Assembly (NCBI GenBank): GCA_002269645.1
Contig: NIVC01001245.1
Location: forward strand, 1-64,000
Length of the DNA stretch: 64,000 nucleotides
Source: Macrostomum lignano
Lineage: Eukaryota
Direction of reading: 5' to 3'
Shown in pieces: positions 40,508 through 51,823 of the stretch. The notes beneath the pieces are model-generated. The model did not search any database and was not told the DNA's origin. It saw only the letters and a program-made list of their open reading frames with translations. Within the stretch, counting starts at the first letter, position 1, and every line of letters starts with the position of its first letter. Position numbers and translations under genes: made by a program.

Positions 40508-41429
40508 TCGCATTTATCAAGCTTATAGAAGGATGTTGAGATGCTGCAGGCAGAAAATTTATGTCATTGGACATTAGGTATGCTTAAATTTTCTATAAAA
40601 GATTAACTAAAAAGGGCTCTGCACCGCTCATTCGCCAAGCATTTATCATGGACACTGCAGCTACAATGCTAGATGGGTGAGAGATTTTGGGTTCGCAGCA
40701 TTGTAGTACATGTACATCTAAACTGGCGCTTCTTTTGTACATCTAAGAGCGCTCAGTGCGCTCAGTTTTGCGTTCAAATGGGTTTCCATAATTCTATTCT
40801 TCATACTCTCCTGTCTTTCCTGACTAATGTACTCCTAAGTTTCAAGGTACTGAATAAGGTACTGAAGCTCTGGATAGACTAGAAGATATGCATCAAAGAC
40901 TGAATGTATTGGTATGGTCGCCATTTTTTCATTCGACCTGTCTGAGCTAAACGGGTAACTGTTCCGAGCCACCCTAGAATTAAAAACTTTTGTGAAATAG
41001 AAGGTGCTGATAAGTTCTCATGTAGGTTTTGACCTTGTAACAGTCACTACTATTCATCTCTTAAGTAAAATGATGTTAAAAGCAAAAATCTGAACGCCAG
41101 CCATCTAGCCTGCATACCCTTTTGAGCTTTGGCTTTTAGCAATACCCCCATGCGCATTGAAATCTCAGAAATCCCCCTTCATGAGCCTTGAGATTTCAAC
41201 AATTCCCCTGCGCCGCATATTTTCAGCTACCTCCCCATGAGTCTAGGTACATGTACGAGTATCTCAGCAATTCCCCTATGATTTTTTATGGTTGACCGGA
41301 CCATACTTTTGTAATTGAACCCTAACTCTAAACATAACCAGTTAGTATATATTCCGGTGAAACATTTTAATTACTTGTACCGCTTTCGTCAGTCAAGTTG
41401 ATAGTCAAAGTCGAAAATCCCCATTGGCT

Positions 41430-41675
41430 GCCGCAGAACTGCACTCGGCCATAGACAATAAAGTCAATCAAAGCCACACTGCCACAGAACTGCACTCGGC
41501 CATAGACAATAAAGTCAATCAAAGCCACACTGCCACAGAACTGCACTCGGCCATAGACAATAAAGTCAATAAAAGCCACACTGCCACAGAACTGCACTTG
41601 GCCATAGACAATAAAGCCAATCAAAGCCACACTGCCACAGAACTGCACTCGGCCATAGAAAATAAAGTAAATCAA
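41430..41675. repeat. Tandem repeat, 51-bp unit, ~4.7 copies
   Basis: GCCACAGAACTGCACTCGGCCATAGACAATAAAGTCAATCAAAGCCACACT. Confidence 0.95.
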
Positions 41676-42189
41676 ACTGATAAAAATCCAGGTTTCACAA
41701 CTTTGGAACTTTCAGAGACTTTATTCCAAACCAGCCGTTTAAGAATCTCTCTCGCTCTCTGGTCAAACGACAATCAATTTGAAAATAGCAAACAAGTTTT
41801 TTTGGTTAACTACCTAAACTTGGTGCTGATTTTGAATGGAATTATCCACTTGATTGATCAACATGGTACACAGAATAATTGTTTTTGTTACATTCGTTTT
41901 TTCATTACTTCTCTATTTCAGGACCATAATGTATGCTTTTTATTCTCAGTGAAAAATAGTACCTATGTATAGCATGTCAAAAAACTATGTTATTATAGTC
42001 AAATTATAATACCACTAAAACGATTCATTTTTCGAAATATGTTGCTAGGTGCTACATGTCATCACCATCACATTGAAGATAGTCTTTTATACAAGAGGGA
42101 ATTTTTTTCAATTTCAAACCGCGAGGTCCTTTGAGGCATAATGGATTGGATGAAAAAAACAAAAATTTATTTCACATGCACTAATGGCC

Positions 42190-42456
42190 AGATGTGAAAC
42201 CGACAGCTCAGCCGCAGCTATTGCGCTGCGCATCTGAAGGCTGCGCACGGCTGTTCAGTCCAAGGACTGGGGGGTCGCCACACACAGCCTCAATTACCCC
42301 AGCTAATGCTGGCACCCATTTTACAGCTGGGTGAACTGAAGCAATGCAGAGTTAAGTGTCTTGCTCAAGGACACAAATTGTTCCAAGTGGATCCAGAATC
42401 GAACCTCCGACCTTTTAGTCGTGTGTCCGACGCTCTAACCACTAGACTACAACCCC
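42190..42456 (-). mobile_element. tRNA-derived SINE, most complete copy, with CORE-like central domain
   Basis: A box TAGTCTAGTGG, B box GGTTCGATTC, then TGTGTCCTTGAGCAAGACACTTAACTCT...CAGTTCACCCAGCTGTAAAATGGG. Confidence 0.85.
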
Positions 42457-42634
42457 TGCCTGATTAGATTAGATACTTGCCTAGCCTGGATACATCAGGG
42501 ATACTGTTCGTAACTATTCTAAAAAAAACTACTAGCTGTTGTCATAATGTTAAAATAAAAACAAAATTCACTTCTCATTTAAGTCGTTTTAATTAATCAT
42601 CGTTTTCAAGTGTTGACTACTTCAGCTCCCCGAC

Positions 42635-45600
42635 TTAAGCAGCTGCTTGCCGTACTCTAGCCAATTCGTCATTCAGTTTGATCAACTGTTGCGCCGCTTT
42701 CAACCTGAGATCAGATTGCTCGCAAAATTTCTTATAAAGCTGCTCCTGTTTTCGTTTCTCTGCCATCAGTTTGCTGTCGAACTCTTCGGCATGCCGACCC
42801 AGCCGATCGGTCAATTCGGCAATGGTGCTTTCCATTTCGCGAGCGCGTGCCACCGAGACGCTACTTCCCAGCTCGCTTTTGTACCGATCCATGTAGGTCC
42901 TCTGCGTTCTACAGATTTCTTTGAACTTCGCCAGCTCTTGTTGCGCGCTGCTGGACTTGGTGCGCTCCTTTTGAATTTCTTCCCTGCATTCGGTGCACTG
43001 CTTTTTCAGTTGGGCCTCCCACGACTTCAAACTATCGTTTTCCTTCTGTAATCTATCGAGTTCTGCTTGCAGCGCTAGATTTGTAGCTTTTAGTTCATCT
43101 ACTCGATCTTTCTTCTGCTCCATCTCTGACATGATATTCTGAGTAGCTTCTTTGGGTTGAGTGCACTGTTCTTTTAGTTGAGCCCCAGAAATTGTCTCTT
43201 GGAGTCGCTTCAATTCGACTTGTAGCTCAAGATTTTTTGATTCAAGGTGTGATACTTTGCCACTCTGTTGCTCCATCAGTGTCTTAATGTTCTGGATGGC
43301 TTCCATGTATTCAGTAATCTGCTCTTTCAGTTGTGTCTCAGATGATATTAACCTCTCGTTATCCTCCTGCAGTAGTTTTAAATGTTCTTTTAAAGCCAGA
43401 CCTGAGGCTTCAAGTTTAGCAACTTGACTATTCTGCTGTTCCATTTGAGTCTGTCTATCTTGAATATCTTCCTTGTGCTGTGCGCACTGCTCCTTCAGTT
43501 GAGCCTCAGACAACTTTAACCTCTCGATATCCTCCTGCAGTTGCTTCAGCTCTTCTTGTAGCTCAAGGTTTCTTGATTCAAGGCGAGTTACTTCGTCACT
43601 CTGTTGCACTATCAGTGTCTCGCTATTCTTGGTGGATTCCATATATTCCGTTATCTGATCTTTTAGTTGAGTCTCAGCTAATAATAAACGATTTTTATCC
43701 TCCTGCAGTGACTTCAGTTCTGTTTGTAGAGCCAGGTTCGTATTCTCAAGGTCAGCAACTTTATCTACCTGCTGCTTCATCAAGGAATCACTATTCAGAC
43801 TAGCCTGATTCACCTGTTCTTGAAGAGCTAGATTTTTTGCTTCAAGTTCAGCTATCTGCTTCACATGAAACTCTTGTTCAAATAGATGCTTTTCTTTGAG
43901 CTCTTCCATTTGTGTTTCCAATGACTTCAACCGATGGTTATCATTATACAGTTGCTTCACTTCTGCTTGTAGAGCCAGATTTTTTTCTGCAAGGTCCGCG
44001 ATTTGTTGTTGCAGCTGATCCATTTCAGACTCGCTTTTCTGAACATCTTTCTTGCATTGAAAGACCTGCTCTATTGCTTGTGCCTCGGAGGACTTCAACC
44101 GATCGTTATCTTCACGCAGTCGCTTTGATTCGTTTCCGAGAGCGAGATTTTTTGCTTCAACTTCAGCTAGCTGTTTTATAAGAGACTCGTGTTCAGAGGC
44201 TTGATCTTCTTTCTGTTGCTCCACCAGAGACTCGCCATTTTGAATAGCTTTTTGGTATTCGATGCACTGCCCTTTTAATTGGGCCTCCAATGACTTTAAC
44301 TGGTGGTAATTATTGTGCAACTGATCCAGTTTTGCTTGTAGTTTTAGGTTTCTTTCTTCAAGATTAGCTACTTGTTCCTTCTGCTGCTCCAGCTGAGTAT
44401 TGCTGCTTTGAATATCTTTCTTGTATTCAGTGATCCGATCTTCCATTTGAGTCTTTGATGACTTTAAAAAATCGTTGTCCTTCTGCAGTCGCTTCAGTTC
44501 TTCTTGCAGCTCAACGTATTTGGTTTCAAGTTGACCTACCTGTTCTTTCTGCTGCTCAATTACAGTCTTACTACCATGAATATCTCTTTGAAGCTTAGTG
44601 CACTGCTCTTTTAGCTGAGTCTCAGAAACTTTCAATTGATTGTTCTCCTCTTGCGATCGCTTCAATTCTTCTTCCACTTGATGTAGATCAACATTTTTTG
44701 ATTCAACGCGAGCAATTTGTTGCTTCTGTTGCTGGATCAAAGCCTCGCTATTATGGATATCTTCCTGCTGTTGAGTGCTCAGCTTTGTCAAATAAGCCTC
44801 GGTCGACTTCAACTGATTGTTATTCTCTTGTAGTCGTTGCATTTCTTCTTTTAGATCAACATTTTCTGCTTCAAGTTCACCTAGCTGCTTTGATAGACGT
44901 TCTTGTTCGTCTGCGTGTTCTTTCTGCTGCATTTCCAGGGACTCTATTTTCTGAATAGCGTTCTTGAATTCAGTTGACTGATCTGTTACTTGAGTATCCG
45001 ACGTCTTTAACCGATCATTTTCCGCTTGCAATCGCGTCACTTCAGCTTGTAGTTTCAGGTTTTTAGCTTCAAGATCAGCGACTTGTTCTTTCTGCTTTTC
45101 CTTTTGAAACTTGCCATCAACTGCCAGTTGTGTAGTCTGTTGCTCAGAATGAAAGGATTTTGTCAATTGCTTACGTCTTTCAATCTTCCCTAAGTTGATG
45201 GACATCGGCTCATCAGGATATTTTTCCACCTCACATCGCGAGGAAATACAAGCAGACATCATCACCTTCGGCATCTGTCTAGGATTGTCTTTGGTACAAC
45301 TCTGTGGATTCGGCTGGTTCATTTTAGGTCTCAGCTCGGCAGTTGGGACTAAGCTGCCCACATCGATATTAAGTCGCTTTCCAAGCTTCTTAGTGAACTG
45401 CATCGACTCGTCGCGTTGAACAGTTGAATCGCGTCGCAACTTTTCAGCTTCAGCTTCCATAAAGGATATTCTTGATTGCAGATCTTGAATTTTGCGGCTT
45501 TGCTGCTCCAGCTGGTAATCTTTCATTTTAAGTTGATTCTCGAGCTTCTCTGAAAGCTCCCTTAACGAATCAGATACTGCAGTGTCATTTCCTTCATCTC

Positions 45601-47279
45601 TTGCTTGTCTCATGGAATTCTGAGCATGCTGATTTTTTTGTCTTTGTCTAAAATGAAAAATAAGTGGAAGTATAGGTGATAAAATGCGATGACGCTGGGT
45701 TAAAAGTTAACCAGTGCAGCTTACTCGTACTCAAATGAGTCAAGGTTGCTCAATGCATCGGAAATTTTCTGCTTCGGCTCGTTCTCAGGCTGCTCGGTTC
45801 TAAAATATGAAATCTGAAATGAGTGAAACTCAATAAAACACGTCGAAACACTGAAAATTTTTGTTTTTGAAAACTGAGTTCCAAGAAACTGCGTTTCTTG
45901 ATATTTTTTTAAATTAAGCTAATGCAGATGTGAATCAAGTTTTATAAACTACCAGACCAAGTATTTTATGTTTTTAATTGCTCATTGTATGTCGGGAAGG
46001 TTTGAAATTGTTAAGCTAGTACTGTAAGTACGAAGCCCTGTATAATTTCTCTCATTTATCCGAAAATGGCAACTGTTTGCGGCTGTCTATCTGGATAGGC
46101 AACTGATTTTTCGGAAAAAAACTATATCAACTGTTTTTCACTAAAATTGAACTAATAAATAAGAAATTTTTAAGATTCGGTGAATGTGTCATGGCTAAGA
46201 GATTGCCGAATGCTAATAATAGTAGATGTGCAACCGACAGCTCAGCCGCAGCAATCGTGCATGCGGTGCATCTGAAGGCTGCGTACGGCTTTTCAGCCAA
46301 TGACTGGGGGGGGTCGCCACACACACCCTCAATTACCCCAGCTAATGCTGGCACCCATTTTACAGCTTGGCACAAATTGTTTCAGTGGGATAGGGAATCG
46401 AACCCCTTACCTTCAAGTCGCGAGTTCGACGCTCTAAAAACAAGGCTACAACCCCCTAATCAATGCTAAAGGAGATTAAATACTCGAAGAGTGATTTTTA
46501 TTAATGTAGTAGGGCATTATTTTAGGAACGGGAATTATTGTGGGTTCAAATATGCTTTTTGCCTACTATCAGTAGCTTCAGCCCGGGGAAATAATTAGAG
46601 TAGGGGAAAATCGCTAGTTTTGGGATTCCTTTAGAACTACATAGCAGTTGGGCTCTTGGGAAAGCATCTCCTCCCGTCCTCGGACATTTAACTTAGAAAA
46701 TTCACGAAAGGAAGTGTAAGAAGGGGAAGTAAAAGAAGGGATATAAATTAGGCTTGAACAGAGGAGTCTTGCCTCTAAAACTAATTAAGGGTCTTGCCCA
46801 GAGCACATAGGGAAATAGGGAGTTACTGTAAAAGAAGACCAACCTTTTGTACCGTAACATTTAATTACTTCTTTTAGTAAACTTGTTTTAACTAACTTTA
46901 TTGGTGTCCTGACTGAGTTCTTTAAGCCTAAAGCTAGAATTAGGGAACAGCAGGAACCTGGTGGCAGCGAACTACCAAAATCTCAAACCAGTAAACTCCA
47001 CTTAAAATCCTTAATATAAAACCAGTAGCCTAAACCGCGAGGTACACGGCTTGTCCATTAATGCTTGCATTTAAATAATATTGTGTATATTTCTATAACT
47101 TATATTGTTACATCATGTTATTGATACATTTACTACGGTCGTAACCGATTTTTATGAATTGGATTGAAAGCTACTTACCTTGCATCGAATAGTTGCAAAC
47201 TCGAACTGTTTAACTCTTTCAGCTGCAAACTTAATGATTCAAGGATGTCAGATTGGGAATCGCTGCTGTTATGGCTCAT
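42635..47279 (-). CDS. Uncharacterised long coiled-coil repeat protein, cluster member B, 3 exons, ~1062 aa
   Basis: Exons 47179-47279, 45725-45799, 42635-45647 (phase 2/2); 3-kb uninterrupted frame with ~13 repeats of ~56 aa. Confidence 0.85.
46213..46455 (-). mobile_element. tRNA-derived SINE, copy lacking part of the central domain (member B intron 1)
   Basis: Same head and tail as 42190-42456; ~40 bp of the CORE-like segment absent; ends in TACTATTATTAG. Confidence 0.82.
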
Positions 47280-47877
47280 TCCTAAGGCAGCGTCCTTGAA
47301 TCTTAGTGTAGTTTTAAAACAATATTTTGTCAATTCTATAGAACAGCTACGAAAGAAGACAGTCAACGGAGCAGTTTGTGTTTTAATTTATTTAACCCCG
47401 CTTTCTAAGTGTTATCTGGAGACAGTTTTAGCGTCAAAAACTATAGTTTTATGTGTACAACATTTTTTGCCTTTACAGACTGCACCGCCTTCTTTGAGTA
47501 CTTGTACACCTGTACTCGGTCGAATAGTTAAGCGGTTGGACCTGTTTGCTAACGCACATTATTTGAGCTTCTGTCTGCTTTGAGTAGACATTTTGACGCT
47601 GCAAAAGCAATGAACAAACTCGTTCGTTAATAGTTGCAATAGAAATTTGTGCAGTAATTTCGTTTCCACCTATCCATACTTACACCAAGTTAACCTCAGT
47701 GAGTACAAGAACAAGGTACGATGTGCGCGTACATTTTAACAAAACTGGGTGCTAACTCAAAAAGTGTCAATTTTTATTAATTGACAATTATAGTATGCAT
47801 GCAGAGAGCGTTGAGATACTGGTTCACAGTCGATGCTGGCTTTCCTGGAGCTTTTGAAGGATGTCCTGCGGGAACTT

Positions 47878-48490
47878 TCCTAGGGGCAGTGTTCTAGGGG
47901 CAGTGTCCTAGGGGCAGTGTTCTAGGGGCAGTGTCCTAGGGGCAGTGTCCTAGGGGCAGTGTCCTAGGGGCAGTGTCCTAGGGGCAGTGTCCTAGGGGCA
48001 GTGTCCTAGGGGCAGTGTCCTAGGGGCAGTGTCCTAGGGGCAGTGTCCTAGGGGCAGTGTCCTAGGGGCAGTGTCCTAGGGGCAGTGTCCTAGGGGCAGT
48101 GTCCTAGGGGCAGTGTCCTAGGGGCAGTGTCCTAGGGGCAGTGTCCTAGGGGCAGTGTCCTAGGGGCAGTGTCCTAGGGCAGTGTCCTAGGGGCAGTGTC
48201 CTAGGGGCAGTGTCCTAGGGGCAGTGTCCTAGGGGCAGTGTCCTAGGGGCAGTGTCCTAGGGGCAGTGTCCTAGGGGCAGTGTCCTAGGAACAGTGTCCT
48301 AGGGGCAGTGTCCTAGGGGCAGTGTCCTAGGGGCAGTGTCCTAGGGGCAGTGTCCTAGGGGCAGTGTCCTAGGGGCAGTGTCCTAGGGGCAGTGTCCTAG
48401 GGGCAGTGTCCTAGGGGCAGTGTCCTAGGGGCAGTGTCCTAGGGGCAGTGTCCTAGGGGCAGTGTCTTAGGGGCAGTTTCCTAGGGACAC
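47878..48490. repeat. G-rich minisatellite, 14-bp unit GTGTCCTAGGGGCA (~43 copies)
   Basis: Near-perfect tandem array. Confidence 0.97.
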
Positions 48491-48926
48491 TGTCCTGAAG
48501 GCACCGTCCTCGGAATATGAGTGTTTCGAAATGCCGTATTGTCACAGAGTCGAAAGACACTTTCATAGGCCCGAAATTTCAAAACGCTAGAGTACCACCA
48601 ACCCGAAATTATACATCGTCGCTGTAAAAGGTCCTGCTACATCTTTAAGCTCTATTTACGCAAAATGGCTTGTCATAAATTTAGACTAGGATAGGTTAAA
48701 TAACCGCATAAGTCAAAATTTTTTATCAAAACAGAGATTTATAGCCTAGTGTTGAGCGGCAGTAAAGAAAAACTACTACGTTTGTATTTGATCATTAAGA
48801 CACGTTTTTCAAAAAATTCATTGATAATAAAATAACCAGTAATTTAATTTTTATTTAATATTAAAAACATCCCTGAAATTTGCTATTCGCCAGATAAGCT
48901 TGTAATTTCCACAGAAAAATTATCAT

Positions 48927-50004
48927 TTACAAGTTGCCACCACCACCAGGCGGTCTCATGGAGCGATGTTTGTTAAGCAGATCGTTTCCGGACTGGTAAT
49001 TATTGAGCTGCTCCTGGCCAGCCAAGTTCTCAAGCAGGGTGTTGACTCTTTCTCTCAGCGTGTGGACCTCATCAGTCAGATTCGCGATTTCGCCATCTTT
49101 TCGAGGCAGCTCTTGCTTGAACCATCCGATTGCTTCCTCAGCCTGTCTCAGTTTCCCCTGAGCCTCCGTCAGCTGCGTGTTCAACTCGTGCTCTCTAGTC
49201 AGCATTTCGGTCATTGTCCGCTCCATACCCGAGTAGTCATTGCGCAGCTTTGCGTGCTCAAGCTTCAACTGCTCCAGCTCGGTATGAGCAGTCGCCGATT
49301 TGCCCAACTCTTCTTCAAGCCTCTGACGCATCTGCTCGGCCACTTTGATGAGGTCATCGCGCTTCTTATTGGACTCGAGCAGCTGCTGTCTGAGGCTTTC
49401 AACTTCTCTGGTTTCATCATCGGAAGTGCTCTGCGATACTAAAGCATTGCTCCCAGGATCCACTGAACCGCCATTTGCGTTGCCGTCATCCATGTCCAGA
49501 CGCTGTCGCAGCTGCTCTGCCAGCTCCAATGCTTCATCTCGCTGCTGACTCAGGCTTCGAGACTTCTGCTTCTGCTTCTCAATCTCGGCTTCCAATGAGG
49601 ATATCCGAGCTTCTAGAGTCAGCAGTGTGCGAGACTGCTCTTCCAGTTGCATGTCCTTGAGCCTGAGTCTCCGTTCGAATTCGAATATCTCCTCCAACTT
49701 TTGCTGGGTGTCATTTGTGTGCGCTCTTAGACTGAAAATCGAATTTCTAAGAAGTTAAAAAGCTATTCAATTCGGCTTTAAGGTCGCAGAGAAAAGTTCA
49801 GTAGTGATAGCAACTATCTCACTTACCTTGAATCAGATTGCAGCTTTGTACACTCCTTCCGCAGCTGCTCGAGTCTAAAGAGTTGAATGAGTCATAATAG
49901 AAAAGAAATCACTAGAAAATGAAGGTATATAAATAAAATTTAACTCACTGAGATTTCATCAGGTCATTCGACTGGGTCAACTGGCTCACCAGTGATTCAA
50001 TCAT
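48927..50004 (-). CDS. Uncharacterised coiled-coil protein, cluster member C, 3 exons, ~302 aa
   Basis: Exons 49949-50004, 49827-49874, 48927-49731 (phase 2/2); LRLKDMQLEEQSR..RISSLEAE..QRDE matches the N-terminal block of member B. Confidence 0.75.
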
Positions 50005-50432
50005 CCTCCTGTTATGATTTGTGTAAGTCAAGTCTTTCAAACTTTCAAAAATGATAGAACACAGTCGGTATTGGTAGCTGAGTTTGTGCAGACTTTTTAT
50101 GCTAGTGGGTGCATTCCTAAAGTGTATACATGAAAAAAACAAAATAATTCCGGCAAAGTTCCTTTTTAGCCTTAGTTTTTGACGTGTACGTTATCTACGA
50201 GTACATTGTTGTACAGCCAGGGTCCAGTGCAGGGTAGAAGAAACTCTGTCTTGTACACTGTTCCATACGGAGTACACTGTTCCATTGCACACTGGTACGT
50301 CTGTATCTGTCTATGCATTCTACCCAATACTTCGAAACTCAATAAATTGTACTTTATACGAGCTAGCATTTTGCTGGAAACGAAAGCTTTATTACATGTA
50401 TACTCGTATACTGTTTAGTGAGCTGTTAAGTC

Positions 50433-51100
50433 GGTTTACCCCCTATTCGCCGAATTCCGATTTGCCGATTCCCAGCTCGCCGAATCCTGATTCGCCGATT
50501 CCTGGTTCGCCGAAATTCCCGAGTCGCCTATTCCCGATTTGCCGAAATTCCTTATTTGCCGAAATTCCTCATTTGCCGAAATTCCTCATTTGCGAGTCCC
50601 GACTTGCCGATTTCCTGATTCGCCGAATTCCCGACTCGCCGAATTCACTATTAGGCCAATTCGTACTACGTCGAATCTCTGGTAATGCCTGTGGCCTGTG
50701 CTAGCTAATAGATAAGCCATTCTTTGTTCGAACCTTGTGTATATTTTGCTTGTTTCATTCACTCTACTATTTCTTAGTGACTTTACTAATACTAATACTC
50801 AAGAAATAATAGAGTAAATGATAACAAGCAAAAATGTACAAAACGTTCAAGAAAAGAATGGAGCCACAGGCACAGGCATTACCAGAGATTCGACGTAGTA
50901 CGAATTGGCCTAATAGTGAATTCGGCGAGTCGGGAATTCGGCGAATCAGGAAATCGGCAAGTCGGGATTCGGCAAATGAGGAATTTCGGCAAATCAGGAA
51001 TTTCGGCAAATCAGGAATTTCGGCAAATCGGGAATAGGCGAATCAGGATTCGGCGAGCAGGGAATCGGCAAATCGGGATTCGGCGAATCGGGGGTAAACC
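50433..51100. mobile_element. Foldback-type MITE, 668 bp, ~240-270-bp inverted arms built of ~10-bp subrepeats
   Basis: Ends GGTTTACCCCC / GGGGGTAAACC; 8-bp TSD GTTAAGTC at 50425-50432 and 51101-51108. Confidence 0.92.
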
Positions 51101-51823
51101 GTTAAGTCAACCGCTCTGCCAATACTCTGGGGTGGCGGTCAGGCGCTGCAGTAAGTCAGTCAGCAGTCCAGTTTGAAAATCCGAAAAAAGTAATTTAACG
51201 CATTGACAGAAAAAAACGAGTGAAGTGACATTCCAAGTGTAATTTCCTGTTTTCATCTGACCGAACATAAAGGAAAATGTATTTTAAAATATCATATCTG
51301 CTACGAAGGCACAAAAAATCCTGTGATTTGGATTTGGAACACTTTCTGCTTGTAAGTCTAAAAATAACAAGCAAAACCGAAATTCAACAGCTTCAGACGT
51401 CGCAAAAAAGGGTTTTTCTTTAAAGGATATTTAAAGGATTACGACTTCAAAACATCGTCTTGATTGTGGCATTGTGATTCTAGCAACAAAATTGTTTCCC
51501 GCATTTAATTACGAGTATTTGTCGCAGTCGATAGATATAAATAAATTAAGAGATTTGTATAAGGATGGTTCCAAACAAAAGTATTTACAGATAGCACATA
51601 TATGTGTAGATTTTTCTGCCTTTTCTTTTCCCAAAAGATTCTGGTTCCAGAGTAAATGTTCATGAGTAGCCTCATAATGAACTGCAGATAGACAGTGCAT
51701 CTCTGACTTTTCAATCGAAAACATCCTTAAAGAAACCGGAATAACTTAGTCGGATGAACACGAACAGAATTGATGTTTTAAGATTGTCAGCCAAGATTGT
51801 AAGTTTTCTTGAGTAGCCCCGAG

